Of a stretch of 64,000 nucleotides of DNA, positions 11,600-25,027 are shown piece after piece. The notes under the pieces were generated by a model. The model was not told the DNA's origin and ran no database searches. It was given only the letters and a program-made list of their open reading frames with translations. Both the position numbers and the translations under genes were made by a program. Each line of letters begins with the position of its first letter. Position 1 is the stretch's first letter. The stretch is from Octopus sinensis (Eukaryota), in assembly GCF_006345805.1 (NCBI RefSeq), contig NC_043002.1, positions 103,478,001 to 103,542,000 on the forward strand, in the 5' to 3' direction.

Positions 11600-12350
11600 T
11601 GTAGCTAAGACACCCTATAATGAAACCTGTCGCCAAGTTATACCCGAGGACAAAGAAATAAGAACTCAGTATGGTAGAAGCCATAGTCTCTCATAATAAA
11701 AAGGAATACCGGTGGAACATACCCGTGAAGACCTCATTAAAAGGTAAACACAACGGACATGATATAATGACTTGGAATAGGATAAAGAAGCTGTCTACTT
11801 GTTGTGGATATTAGCTGCTCAGCTGTTGTTAACATAATGCTGAAGATCAGTGAAAAAGAGAACACCTATGCTGAACTATTGAGAACTCTGCAGTTAAACT
11901 ATCCAGATTACAAGTTCATGTGTATAACTGTGACTATTGGTGCCCTGAGATATGTGACACGCTGCCTAACTATCAATCTTCAGTAATTAGAAGAAAGCTA
12001 ATCCGCAGACTAAAGATCTAAACCTTCATTGGAATTGTAACAATCTCTAAAATTTTGCAGGTGCTAATCACTTACGTATATATGAGCACGTCTTCATATG
12101 AGACTATATGCATGAGAATACATACATAAAACAAAGTATACAATTCTGCACATATATACACATGCATACATGCATACATACACATACATACATATATACA
12201 CATACATACATACATACATACATACACACATAAATAAATAAAAACAGAATTACCCTGTTGCTGATGTTGAAATTCCAAAGAAGGAGCCTTGCATCTAGGT
12301 TAGAAACCGGCTCCTTCACTATTGGCAAGATATTTTGAAATAACACGAGT
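11600..12350 (+). pseudogene. Restriction-like endonuclease C-terminus of a non-LTR retrotransposon (R4/Dong-like or related), copy 2
   Basis: HNGHDIMTW...VDISCSAVVNIMLKISEKENTYAELL...YPDYKF...VTIGAL resembles RPDI...IIDVACP-D-NI-KE-EK-KY...IVIGALG; frameshifted. Confidence 0.7.
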
Positions 12351-12811
12351 AATGATATATACATAACCATAGGGCTGGTATCCTCACTACCCTGTGGGGA
12401 CATTCCCGAAATTCTCACCCTGGCAAAGGAAGGAGATATCACGACTCGTTCGACGAGGCCCTTGTCATGGTTTGTCACATGGTATCATTCTCTATTGAAG
12501 TCAGCTGCCACACACATTCTAGCTAGATGAGTGCGCTATTTCCAGCACAAAATATGCCTGGAAACCAGACAACTGAAGAATATTGTGAATGAGATAGAAC
12601 CGGCAGCTAAAATGGCTTGAAATTGACTAACGTTCATACGAGGCCAGCGTTGAAAAACTATCGTAAAGAGAAGACCAGTTTTGGGTGCCCCTCTCACAAG
12701 TATTGCGATCGATTTAGTAGATTTGCAAAATCTCTTAGCAGACCCGACATTTTCTGCATAGAGCAAAGAATCTCTGGTGTTTATTTCATCTGTATATATG
12801 CATGAAGGCAT

Positions 12812-12844
<33 letters not shown>

Positions 12845-13003
12845 AGGGATATTAGCCAACCGAATATGGCTAGAGACAGGGCAGGGTGGTGGGGGTGTCA
12901 CTGTTGCATTTAGCCCCAGGCGAACATCAACGTCACCAGATAGGCCTGACGCCATCACGACGTCCTTTATCTTGCAAAGGGAGATCACTCACCAAGAAGC
13001 CGA

Positions 13004-13060
13004 TACCACACACCGGACCTAGGTTTCAAGTGTGTTGCCTATTATTATCAACGTGTGGTA
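13004..13060 (-). ncRNA. Hammerhead motif, U3:A8 family, copy with indels
   Basis: Reverse complement of 13680-13731 with an extra UAA after the core and a 1-nt loss in stem II. Confidence 0.5.
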
Positions 13061-13363
13061 GGCATCGCTTCTCGATGAACGACCAACTTTGCAAGATACA
13101 TATAAGGATTTTCAAGTAAATACATTTACTGATTTCGAAAATCCGTTGACACAGCAATAATAATTCTCTAAATGAGATATAGACAGTAACTGCTCCGTAA
13201 TATAAGGTATATTAGCCAACCGAATATGGCTAGGGACAGGGCAGGATGGTGGGGGTGTCACTGTTGCATTTAGCCCCAGGCGAACATCAACGTCACCAGA
13301 TAGGCCTGACGCCATCACGGTGTCCTTTATCTTGCAAAGGGAGATCACTCACCAAGAAGCCGA

Positions 13364-13417
13364 TACCACACACGGACCTAGGTTTCAAGGTGTGTTGCCT
13401 ATTATCAACGTGTGGTA
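13364..13417 (-). ncRNA. Type I hammerhead motif with U3:A8 core
   Basis: Minus strand: UACCACACG-UUGAUAA-UAGG(CAACACA)CCUU-GAAA-CCUAGGU-C-CGUGUGUGGUA. Confidence 0.7.
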
Positions 13418-13679
13418 CGCATCGCTTCTCGATGAACGACCAACTTTGCATTGATGTTCGCCTGGGGCTAAATGCAACAGTGACACCCCCACCACCCTGC
13501 CCTGTCCCTAGCCATATTCGGTTTGGTAATATCCCTTATATTACGGAACAGTCACTGTCTATATCTCATTTAGAGAATTATTATTGCTGTCGAACGGATT
13601 TTCGAAATCAGTAAATGTATTTACTTGAAAATCCTTATATGTATCTTGCAAAGTTGGTCGTTCATCGAGAAGCGATGCC

Positions 13680-13731
13680 TACCACACGTTGATAATAGGC
13701 AACACACCTTGAAACCTAGGTCCGGGTGGTA
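13680..13731 (+). ncRNA. Type I hammerhead motif with U3:A8 core
   Basis: Stem I UACCACACG/CGGGUGGUA (8 of 9 pairs); core UUGAUAA 13689-95; stem II AGG/CCU; GAAA 13711-14; stem III ACCUAGGU; GUC cleavage after 13722. Confidence 0.72.
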
Positions 13732-14148
13732 TCAGCTTCTTGGTGAGTGATCTCCCTTTGCAAGATAAAGGACGCCGTGATGGCGTCAGGCCTATCTGTG
13801 ACGTTGATGTTCGCCTGGGGCTAAATGCAACAGTGACACCCCCACCACCCTGCCCTGTCCCTAGCCATATTCGGTTGGCTAATATCCCTTATATTACGGA
13901 GCAGCACTGTCTATATCTCATTTAGAGAATTATTATATATATATATATATATAATATATATATATATATTATATATATATATATATTTATAAATATATAC
14001 TCATATATAATTATACATGTACCTGGTCTTAAATATGTGTATGCTTGTATTTTTGAATGTCTATAGGTTTGTGTAAAAAAGCTCTGACGCCAAAACAATG
14101 CATTCCTGTTGTATGCGTATCTATCTATCTATCTATCAATCTATCTAG

Positions 14149-14184
<36 letters not shown>

Positions 14185-15197
14185 ATATATATATATATAT
14201 ATGCATATATATATATGTATGTATATATGTATGTATGTACACATGTGAAGCATATGTGTGTATGTGTACATATATAGGCATATGTGTTGCGTGTCATTTC
14301 ACTTTTTTCGGATATGAGACTGCATGGTGAGGAACATTTGTCCTCTATTTCCAGCATATCATATTACAGTAAATTATTTATTGACGTAAATTGACTACTC
14401 GCATGTTGCCCGATTTGATTTTACATTTTAATTTTCTGAAGTCCATCAAAAGCTGAAAAAAAGGAAAATGAAATGAAAACGCATTACCATGATCTCGCTT
14501 AAATTTTGAAACCGTAATTTACTAAAACACGGTAATATTATTATTAGTTTTTATGATACTGATTTTTTTTACATTGAAGCATTTTATGGAAGGCATATTT
14601 AATAAATGTTAACGTGTGCATATTTCTTTCCGAGTAATTCCGAAATTTTAAAATGTCAGACATCGCGATTCGGTAAAAGACATTCAACGTCTCTTTCTCG
14701 TATATAAACAAAAAGAGGAAAATATATGTATTCTAACTTATTTCCGTAAACATCTTTTCATAAATATGATTTACGCCGTATTGAAATATTCATATGTCAG
14801 CTTACATTTGTAGCTTTGATGATATTTATATATTTCAACGGGAGAATGACCGTTTCGATTCTCTCTGCATACACATGGATAGGGGTTAGATGCCTACGAG
14901 TGACATCTGAAGTAAATGAGTTTTGATATATATATATACACATATCTGTGTGTGTATGTGTGCGCGTGTGTGTGAGTGAGAGAGAGAGAGTCTTTGCTTA
15001 TGTGCGGGCGGGAAAAATTGAATATACATTTTAGATGTATAGGCCATGTTTTTCCACCACTTTCAGATTGTCACAGAATACCAGATATAGACGATATAAA
15101 GATATATATACCGCTGGTCAACCAGCCTTTCGGCTTCTTACCAGCGCCACGAGAATATCGTTGTCTTCGTCTGCCGAAAAAGGCATTTTTTTCCAAA

Positions 15198-15540
15198 TAC
15201 GCCGGCTAAACTAAGTTGTACTGTCTATAGTCGTAAGACGCCCGCTGTTTTTGTCCTGTTATTACTATTATTGTTTTTTGTATTTATATTCGTGTGGCAT
15301 CGTCCGTTTTTCTGTTCTTTTTTCGTATACATTCGATCCTTTTACCAAAAAATCTAATGCTCGTAGCTTAGTTTTTCCTTGGGGCTGGCCGGATCGGAGC
15401 GATCTCAAGATTAATCAGTCGAAATTGCTAGGATGATCCGGTTCTTGACTGAAGATTGAAGGCTTTGAATGTCCCGTCCGTGTTTTTTGTATCGTCTTCT
15501 AAATATTTCACGTTCTTGTCCCAGTTTGTATTTTTCTACA
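15198..15540 (+). mobile_element. Dispersed repeat family Q (TA-associated, structured)
   Basis: Homologous to 48968-49315 and 60636-60815. Confidence 0.7.
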
Positions 15541-15557
15541 TAATATATATATATATG

Positions 15558-15745
15558 GTCGCCATGATAGATCGGTAGCCACTACACACATTTTTCTCTC
15601 CTTTTTTCTTTCTGTGTTCCTTTTTGTGGAAGAGCGTAGGCTCGAAACGTAAACGACTATTTCAATTCCCGAGCATTATACTAATACATCTGTTTGTTTT
15701 CTACACCACCTGTCTTCGTATTTTGTTTTTTTCGTGAATTCTGCC
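15558..15745 (+). mobile_element. Family P repeat with HHR-like motif (about 15620-15655, core UUGUGGA)
   Basis: Homology to 1425-1617; between TA runs. Confidence 0.7.
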
Positions 15746-16178
15746 TATATATATATAATCGAATGATACAGTAATTATTATAAAGATATGTTTTTAAAAT
15801 GCTGTATTCCGAATGATATAATGTTTATAAGTCCGTGGATAGAATCGTAAACAATATGGACGAATTACGTAGCAGCATTCCTTCGGCCGGCTCTTTTGCA
15901 TAGGAACTCAAAGAGATTGCTAAAATAAGGTACCAGCGAAATACTCAGATTTCATGTAATCGAAATGCTGCCTCACCAGAAATTTGCTAACAATGAAGCC
16001 AGCAACGACCTGGTGTCATGTTCATAGGAATATCATCATTCATAAGCATTGGAAAACGGTTAAGAAGCCCTACAATTCTACGTGTGTATGCGTACGGAGA
16101 TTATGTATGTGAGTGGGTGGGGTTTTATGCAATCATATATATATATATAATATATATAATTATATATATATATATATA

Positions 16179-16399
16179 GTTTTTGCATTTGGTTTGCAAG
16201 ATTCTTTATATGAGTTCGTGTGTTGAAGCATATTCTGTTGTGTTTTGATAGTCAAGACTTTTGAAAAGGTTGCAAGATGCAACAAAAATTTAAGAAAAAT
16301 AAAAATAAGAAAAAATGTGGAAATTTTACTGGTGAGTGTGTTACATTATACGGTACAAAAGGAAAAAAAACAACACCCCCCCAGACACAACAGAATATG
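16179..16399. mobile_element. Fold-back repeat family F; decayed HHR-like motif at 16258-16294
   Basis: Inverted arms ATATTCTGTTGTGT/ACACAACAGAATAT; homologous to 21328-21556 and 50616-50812; (TA)n on both sides. Confidence 0.75.
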
Positions 16400-16571
16400 T
16401 ATATAGATATATACGTATATATAATATATATGTATAAATATATATATATATTTACATATATATATATAAGTAAGCATAATGTATAGTATATATATATATA
16501 GATACATATAATATATATTATTAATATTATATATGTTATATATATATATATATATATACATATATATTTAT

Positions 16572-16616
<45 letters not shown>

Positions 16617-16801
16617 ATATATACTATATAATATATATACATATATATATATACTTATAATATCTATATATATATATATATATATATATATAGATATTAT
16701 ATATAGTTAATCCAAACAAGAAAGCAAAAAAAACTCAAAACGCGAGGACGTGGAACAAATATAGTATCATTGGGCGCTCAGGAAAGAAGGAAAGAAGGAG
16801 G

Positions 16802-16836
16802 GTTTAACGTTTCGAGTGGAGCTCTTCCTCGGAAAC
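16802..16836 (-). ncRNA. Minimal type I hammerhead motif
   Basis: Minus strand: GUUU-CCGAGGA-A-GAG(CUCCA)CUC-GAAA-CG-UU-AAAC; lies in a repeat at about 16705-16890 next to (TA)n. Confidence 0.6.
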
Positions 16837-17057
16837 ATTGGAGAAGGAAAGATCCAGAGAAAGGACGACAATAAAAACCGATTATGTCCTGGAGCCGATT
16901 TGTTCACCTCAAACCCTTCAAGGAAGCCCTTTGGCATGGCCGCAGTGAAATGATTGAAACAAGTAAAAAAAGAAACCAATAAAATAATCTGTGTGTGTGT
17001 GTGTATGTGTGTATATGTGTGTGTGTATGTGTTTGTGTATATTTGTGTGTATGAATA

Positions 17058-17640
17058 TTTTTGCTACTCTAGGCACAAGGCTCGAAATTTGGTGGGAGGG
17101 GTTCAATCGATAAATCGACCCCAGTATGCAACTGGTACTTAATTTATCGACGCTGAAACGATGAAAGGCAGTGTCGATCTCGGCGGAATTTGAACTCAGA
17201 ACGTAACGGCAGAAGATATATCCTATTTCTTTACTACCCACAAGGGGCTAAACACAGAGAGGACAAACAAGGACAGACAAACGGATTAAGTCGATTATAT
17301 AGGCCCCAGTGAGTGACCGGTACTTATTTAATCGATCCCGAAAGGATTAAAGGCAAAGTCGACCTCGGTGGAATTTGAACTCAGAACGTAGCGGCAGACG
17401 AAATACCTATTTCTTTACTACCCACAAGGGGCTAAACACAGAGAGGACAAACAAGGACAGACAAACGGATTGAGCAGATTATATCGACCCCAGTGAGTAA
17501 CTGGTACTTATTTATTCGATCCCGAAAGGATGAAAGACAAAATCGACCTCGGCGGAATTTGAACTCAGAACGTAGCGGCAGACGAAATACCGCTAAGCAT
17601 TTTGCTCGGCGTTCTAAAGTTTCTGCCAGCTCGCTGCCTT
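17058..17640 (-). mobile_element. SINE family A, three tandem units
   Basis: About 185-bp unit repeated; junction GACGAAATACCTATTTCTTTACTACCCAC. Confidence 0.85.
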
Positions 17641-18904
17641 ATGTATGTATGAATATAACACACACACTTACACAGGCAAATGCACTCTCACATATATGTG
17701 TGCGTGCGTGTTTGTGTGTTTGTGTGTCTATATGTGTATTTTGTTGAGAGTGTATTTGTGTGCGTGCCTATGGTGTATCACACTTGAACGCGTCAGTGTT
17801 CACATCTATCCAAATATTTAATTGTTTATTTCAGTATCTTACAATTTTTATTATTAATGTGGTTTATAGAAATCGTATTTTTCTCCGTTTACTCTTTCAA
17901 TGCAAGACTTTCACGGGGTCTGTTGAAATATGATTCGGTTATTTACAGAATTTGTGCATCATTTACCAATATAAGCATAAGGGGAGAAGGAATGAGTAGA
18001 GAGGGACATAAAAACGGGACGAATATGAAGAAAAGAATTTTGAAGAACTTGGAGAAGCAGGAGAAAAAGAAAGAAGAAAGGAAGGGAAGGAGAAGAAGCA
18101 TTTTGGTTAAGGTTTACTTGACAATAAGAGATCATATTTGATAATACATTGCTGCAAAGATTAGCATGCATCCACTCTACTAAATTTTCGTTAGATTCCA
18201 ATCTTTTATGTAGACGAAATAAATTTCTCTGTGATCAAGAAGGCTTACTGCCTATCGTTCGGTTTAAGGCATTTTCTTGAAATGGATTGCAGAAGGTGAT
18301 GAAGAAGTAATTAGTTTTTAAAATGTGATATTGCCATGAAACACATCGTTAGTTTTAAGGTGAAACCCGCAGATCGCCGATGTATAATCTATCAAAGCCG
18401 TGGCTGTTTGCAGTAGGAAGGCGAAACACCGGATTATTCTCTGTCATTAATCACAGAAACACTCTGCCAGAGTCTAAGCAACAATTGCTGCCTATACAGC
18501 GAGTTTCGATTGACGATTGGAAAGACCAAAAGAAGCCGGTATCAATAGGTGAGAAGGAAATGTTGTAAGACATATGCCATATGGCTCTAATACGAAATAA
18601 CCTTGTGCAATGTATTTGAAGATAGATAGCACGCGCGGATTGAAGAAGGTGCAGATGCGGTAATGGTTCGCAGTATGATACATGAGCTAGATATAAAGAT
18701 TTGTTATGGTAACAGACGTGTGTGGGAGAGATTTACAGCTTACGTCATTGATACAGAAACGTTGGGGAAACGTTAACGATGCAAATAAAATGACAGGCGA
18801 GATAAGCGATGACGGGGGGGGGGGGGGGTCGGCGAAAAGGGGACAAGAAAACAGGAACATTTTAAGACAGGAGTACATTGTTTTGCAAACACACACATAC
18901 CCAT

Positions 18905-18949
<45 letters not shown>

Positions 18950-19103
18950 TATGTGTTTGTATGTATGTATATGTATATATGTATATGTGTATAGATATGT
19001 TTATATACATGTATGTATGTCTATCTGTATATGCATATATGTACAAAATATATATATGCACATGTATATATATATATATATATATGTACTTATAAGTGTC
19101 TGT

Positions 19104-19270
19104 GCAGATGTAACAGTGTGAAAATGAATTTGCTTCCCAACCACATGGTTCCGGATTCAGCCCCACTGCGTGGCACCTTGGTCAAGTGTCTCCTACTATA
19201 CCCTTGGGTCGACCAAGCCTTTTGAGTGGATTTAATAGGAGGAAAACTGAAAGGAGCGCGTCGTTTATAT
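19104..19270 (+). mobile_element. SINE family B head
   Basis: TTGCTTCCCAACCACATGGTTCCGGATTCAGCCCCACTGCGTGGCACCTTGG... Confidence 0.8.
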
Positions 19271-19573
19271 TTACATCTATTTCTTCGAATCTTTGTATCT
19301 GTGATTCTCCCCTTCACCTCTTGAGAAACAGGTGTAGCGTGAATGTGTCTCTGCGACGTAGTAGTTCGGCAGAAAAATGCGCAGGTAAGGCTGTGTCGTT
19401 GAGAGGCTTACAGTGGACGCTTATGACTACAGCTTTCATCAATATGCTTGCCACCTTACTCGGCTCATCCCTTCTATAATCCGGGACAGAACGGTTAGTG
19501 TCTCCTGAATTAATTTGGCTGGCGGAAAATGCTTGAAATCCCATTGAATGTGTGTGTTGTGTGTGTGTGTGTG

Positions 19574-19607
<34 letters not shown>

Positions 19608-19814
19608 GTGTTTGCGTTTCTCCTATAGTTCATTTTGTCAAAAAGTGTCAGCTTGAACACATCCCGGTAACATTACTTTTTCATTGAATAAATACGGAAC
19701 TTGAAAATAGGGAGTTTGATTGATCTGCTCGAAGAAAACCTTTCATAGCTCTGCTCTGTAATGGCTTTAGTTCTATAACTGAAGCAAGGAAACGATGTAC
19801 GATATATTTATATA

Positions 19815-19935
19815 CTTTATTAAAAAGCAGCAAAGAAAAGCACAAGAACTTTTGCTCAGAGTTTCACATTCCCGTTCGTCGGACAAATTTGTTTAGTAAC
19901 AGATTTTCTGATATTGTTGTTGCTTTTTAATAAAG
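19815..19935. mobile_element. Fold-back element of the 226-320 family; HHR motif on the minus strand at 19850-19886 (U16.1 mutated to C)
   Basis: Terminal inverted repeat TTTATTAAAAAGCA/TGCTTTTTAATAAA; CCGACGA-ACG(GGAA)UGU-GAAA-CUC(U)GAG. Confidence 0.7.
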
Positions 19936-20006
19936 CATATTACTCTATCTCGAGTACTACTATCTCCACCTTGTTTTACATTCATGTGCTTACGCTGGTA
20001 TATGTA

Positions 20007-20052
<46 letters not shown>

Positions 20053-20348
20053 TCACCCGGAGCAGCGGTATCTCTTTTTAAATGGTGGTGCCCCAGCATG
20101 GCCACAGCTTGTGAGCTGAAACTAGATAAAAAAAAAATTGAAAAAATAAAATAATATATATATATATATATATATATGCTTGAGTATAAGAATGTCTATA
20201 TAAATACATGTGTATATAGTGTGTATATATACAAAACATGTATATACCTAAACGTACAAACACACGCACTCATATGTAAAATATAGATACACATCCACAT
20301 AAAAGCATACACTCAACACGGAGAGAAGTAGATATATACGTGTATGGA

Positions 20349-20389
<41 letters not shown>

Positions 20390-20443
20390 AATATATGGGT
20401 ACAGGACGTCAACAACGGTGTAAATAATATGAAATACGTAAAC

Positions 20444-20485
<42 letters not shown>

Positions 20486-21295
20486 AGCACATCTCGAGTG
20501 ATATGTCACGTTATATAAATGAAGTCTTGTCTCCAGAGGTTGATTCAACATCAGATAAAGATGAACTTTGCGACATCTTTGCACCAATATTAAACCATGT
20601 AATAGACACACAGAAGCGCTTTTTTATATCGTTACTATACATATATTAACTTGTCCCTAATTTCTTTAATTTATTAAATAATTACATATAATTTGTGGTT
20701 GTTTAGTACTTTTCGAGTTACTTCTGTTCAAAAACATGGCAGAGAAATGTCGTAATTGCTTCTGTTGTGAATTAGCGCAATACCCAACATGGTGATTGTG
20801 CGATAGGTTTAAGATATTACTGCGATTGCTCTCATTGTAATAAATCCTAAGCGGTGAAGGAGTACTTTTAGCTTACGCAAGAAAATCTTCATAGTATATG
20901 TATGCATGCGCGTGTGGGTGCGGGAATGTATGCGTGTGTGTGTTTATATAACAATATTCTTACTCCTACTATACTAATGCAATGGTTACTATAACAACAT
21001 GCAAAGACCACTTAGAGAATTAAGCAAAGCACAATCCCTCTATAGTGCAGGTCTTTAATCTTTTTGCACATGTGAAATGTCGTGTCTTCATTCTCCAGAA
21101 TGGAATTCAAGAAACATTCGTGGAGCGAGTAATTAAAATCTGTGTATGGCATCAAGTATAGCAAAATGGTTTACATCGAAGTCGCCCTGTCATTGCTCTG
21201 CAACCAAAGTTCTACTCAAAGATTTGGAAATAGAATTACAAGGACGCTTTTCGTCAAATCTCGTGTATGCGTATAATACATAAATCAGTAACTGA

Positions 21296-21327
<32 letters not shown>

Positions 21328-21328
<1 letters not shown>

Positions 21329-21556
21329 GTTGTGTCTGGGGAGAGTCATTCTCTTTTAGTGCCTTATTATTTAACACTCTCACCGGTAAAATTTCCACTT
21401 ATTTCTTATTTTTATTTTCTAAATTTTAGAAAATTTACCGGTGAGTGTGTTAAATAATAAGGCACTAAAAGAGAATGACTCTCCCCAGAAACACAACAGA
21501 ATATGCTTCAACACACGAACTCGTATGAATAATCTTGCAAACCATATCCCAAAACT
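21328..21556. mobile_element. Fold-back family F copy
   Basis: About 68-bp near-perfect inverted arms (21328-21395 and 21434-21497); (TA)n flanks. Confidence 0.8.
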
Positions 21557-21558
21557 AA

Positions 21559-21598
<40 letters not shown>

Positions 21599-21623
21599 AA
21601 AAATCCATTAAAACTTAATGTGC

Positions 21624-21654
<31 letters not shown>

Positions 21655-21852
21655 GAAGAGAGAGAGAAAGAGTGTACAGGGCAGATTTCTATCACATTGT
21701 GGAATGTGGAAGTGTGTGTGTAATGGTGAGAGACAGCACTTTTTTTTCAAACCTTAACGAAGTAATTTTTAGGAAGCCCTAAAGCAAAAGCGAACTTCCG
21801 CATTTTCTATTTTCCTCTCTCTCTCTCTCTCTCTCTCGCACGTATACACACA

Positions 21853-21898
<46 letters not shown>

Positions 21899-24299
21899 AA
21901 CACACATATTCCCATAAACAAAAACTATTTATCTATCTGTCTATATATATGAACTCTCATTCTAAGATATATATATATGTGTATGTGTAAGCATTTATAC
22001 ATGTATATATATATATATATATATACAAATATACCTTATATACCCCCTCAATCTCTTTCGTTCGTTAATTCTCTCCAATACCTCCTTCTCCCTTTCTTCT
22101 CTCCCTCGCTCTCCCTCAACCTCTACTAAATCTAATTCTAAATATATTGATTGGTAGATAACACATATATCGTTTAAATATCTTTGTCAAAACAATACTT
22201 TGTTCTATCCAGGTTTCCCCATTCCATTATATGAGAAGAAAGCAATTCACGTAATATTCTATTAAATATAAAGAATATGCAATTTGTGGTGAACAGTGGG
22301 GAAGAAATATGGCGTGCGATATACTCTGATTGTAGGAGAAGTAATATGATAAATTGGTAGATATATTGTGAACGAAAATTACATTCCTTGCAACCTGTTT
22401 ACCGTTGGAAGTTGAAATATTAATAAATTATCTCCCCCTCCCAGACCCCTCTGAGGCGAAACCATATTGTTTCATTGCATTATGCATACGTTTAACAAAT
22501 TGCAACGTTCAGACATACAGAACTGGCGATGAAATAATATATGTAATATCTACCGTTTACGAAGTTAAGTGATGTTGATTACATTTTTACCATTCTGTTA
22601 TCAATGAGGTTTCCTTACTTTTATGGGTACTACATGATATTTTTGTTTTGCTTTTTTTACGGTCGCCCTTTTTTTTTATTATTATTATTTGTGTTGGTTT
22701 CGCTGTTTTATTTATTTCCATTTTCATCAATAGCGTGATTGCTTGAAAAGCATTTATCGTGCCTCCTAGATTACCAAACAGTAACGAGCTAATGTATATT
22801 CAGTAAAAGAAAGTAAGTGTTGTTGAATTAGAGGGAAGCTTCAAGGAATTTGACTCATCAGTGACCTGTTAACGTCACTGTTATTTTACTTATTTATTTA
22901 GTTGTTTTTGTCTGCTGTGTGTTTGGAGCTGTTCCTATTAGATCAGCTATTTACGTCGGTAGTGATTCCGGAAAGGGTACGCACGCAGTAAATAACCTTC
23001 CGCATCATTTGCTCTGATATACCCATCTCCTGTTCAGATGAAGAAATTAATGGTTCGTGGGTGTTTGAAGGCACAAAAGAGAGAAAAAAATAACAAGAAA
23101 TACCGAGGATGTTTCTGTGAGATCCTTCAAAGTGAAAAAAAAAGTAAAGAAAAAATAGATGTCTCATTTCAATGCAGCCACATGTAACACCTTATAAGGT
23201 GAAAGGATACTGTGTGATAAAATTTCATAAATGTGAACTGCTAAATTTGTTAAACAAGCCAACCAAAAGGCCTATAGGCATTTCTTATACGTTTACGCTG
23301 TGAATTTATAATCCGCCGACGTCAGCTTCGATAAAAGAAATACCAGAAGCGTACTGAGCTCGATAGAGTCGATTAGCTTCCCACCACATACTACAGTAGA
23401 AAGGAAACTGCATTTCTAGATATGTAACATCTGACTAAAACATGGGATGATCATAGCTGTACTGCCTAATCCTGGATTCGAACCGTTCTCAAATGGTCTT
23501 GTTCCCAACGCAGTAAGCATTCAGCAACAAAGCTTGAAAAAGAAAAGTAATATAGATTTATTAAACACGATGATCATAATAGAAATGATCACTTAATCTA
23601 GGGCAGAACGTTCCGATAAGTTACGCATATTGGTGGTACAACATTGAAGAGAAACACGGGAATATTTGATTGTAAATATAGAAGTCAGCCATTCATTCTT
23701 GGTCGAATTATTACTTTTATGTCCTGATGTTTTATAATTAAAGTGTCGCCTGATAAATGCCAGCATTCATTCTCTGTTTTATTTTTCTATTGATTTGTTA
23801 CATTTCATTTCCATACATTACTTCTCCGCTTAATTATTACAATTCTAATTTTATTACTTATTATCAAAAACAGATTCCAAATAAATTTCTCATTCAGCAA
23901 TAGACCTCTTCAAATGGTAATGTATCTTGTCAAGAGACGATTTCGAACACCGATAACTCCCCTAACACCCATCTCATCACACCTCCTACAAAGTTTAGAT
24001 ATTAAAATAGTTGTGTCGTTCATATAAATGATACATTGTCTTCGGGTGAAAGGTTAAATTGCTTTTATTGTGATTCTTTACATATATTTTCTTAATTTAT
24101 GTATTTCAATAATTTCTCTCAATATTATCACTTCCTGGCAACTGGTCAACTGTAGTGAATATATTTGTATAACGGTGTATTTGAATCAACAAAAATTAAG
24201 AACTTTTATGAAGTGATGAGGTCAACTGGTGTGTTACCTTGAGTGAATAACATAACTACTGACCTAAAACAGTCTTCCCTGTTCATACACACACAGAGA

Positions 24300-24300
24300 C

Positions 24301-24343
<43 letters not shown>

Positions 24344-24380
24344 CAGACAGATAGATAGATAGATAGATAGATAGACAGAC

Positions 24381-24470
<90 letters not shown>
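24300..24470. repeat. (GATA)n microsatellite
   Basis: Direct reading. Confidence 0.95.
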
Positions 24471-24471
<1 letters not shown>

Positions 24472-24757
24472 CATCGTGTATTTGCTTTACAGATTTCTAT
24501 ATTGAAATATGCATTTTCAACGTGACTCAGAATATTCAAAATATTTCCCAACGAGGGTAGCAAGTAACGTGTCTGGAGATCTGCGAACACCTTGAGCAAA
24601 GGCTTTTTGTGAAGTTCTGTGAGACAAAATATTACAAGAAATGACATCCCAGATTTGTAAGCATAAATGTTTCGCACATTGCTATTTTAATCTGAGTTTC
24701 TTTCAAATGTATTTATAAATCAAAACATATATGTGTGTGTGGGTATGTATATTTATA

Positions 24758-24947
24758 TCATCATCATCATCATCATCATCATCATTTAACATCCGATTAC
24801 ACATGCTAGCACGGGTTACACGGTTTCATTGGAGCTTCTAAGCTGGAGAGCTGCATAAGTTTCCATTAGTTGCGCCTTGCTTTCTGAGTCCGGATGCCCC
24901 TCACAGGCTGTACTGTGTGTCGTGTACGTGTCACCGGCACTAGACAC

Positions 24948-24950
<3 letters not shown>
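24758..24950 (-). mobile_element. Probable retroposon 3' end with (GAT)n tail
   Basis: (CAT)n followed by TTTAACATCCG...CATGCTAGCACGGGTT; similar to about 46398-46600. Confidence 0.45.

Positions 24951-25027
<77 letters not shown>

Larger units (their letters stand above)
12845..13935. mobile_element. Retrozyme-like array: 353-360-bp monomer; about 1.7 inverted copies (12845-13450) then about 1.35 direct copies (13451-13935); flanked by (TA)n
   Basis: ATTAGCCAACC at 12851 and 13211; TTGATGTTCGCC at 13451 and 13804; strand switch at 13450/13451. Confidence 0.85.

Noticed and set aside
12275-12316. GGAGCC...GAAACC-GGCTCC stem in the RLE 3'UTR
   Set aside because: Lacks the core and U16.1; an ordinary hairpin.
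12536-13925. Repeated 60-150-aa ORFs in the 355-bp array
   Set aside because: No recognisable domain; frames break between copies; better explained as non-coding monomers.
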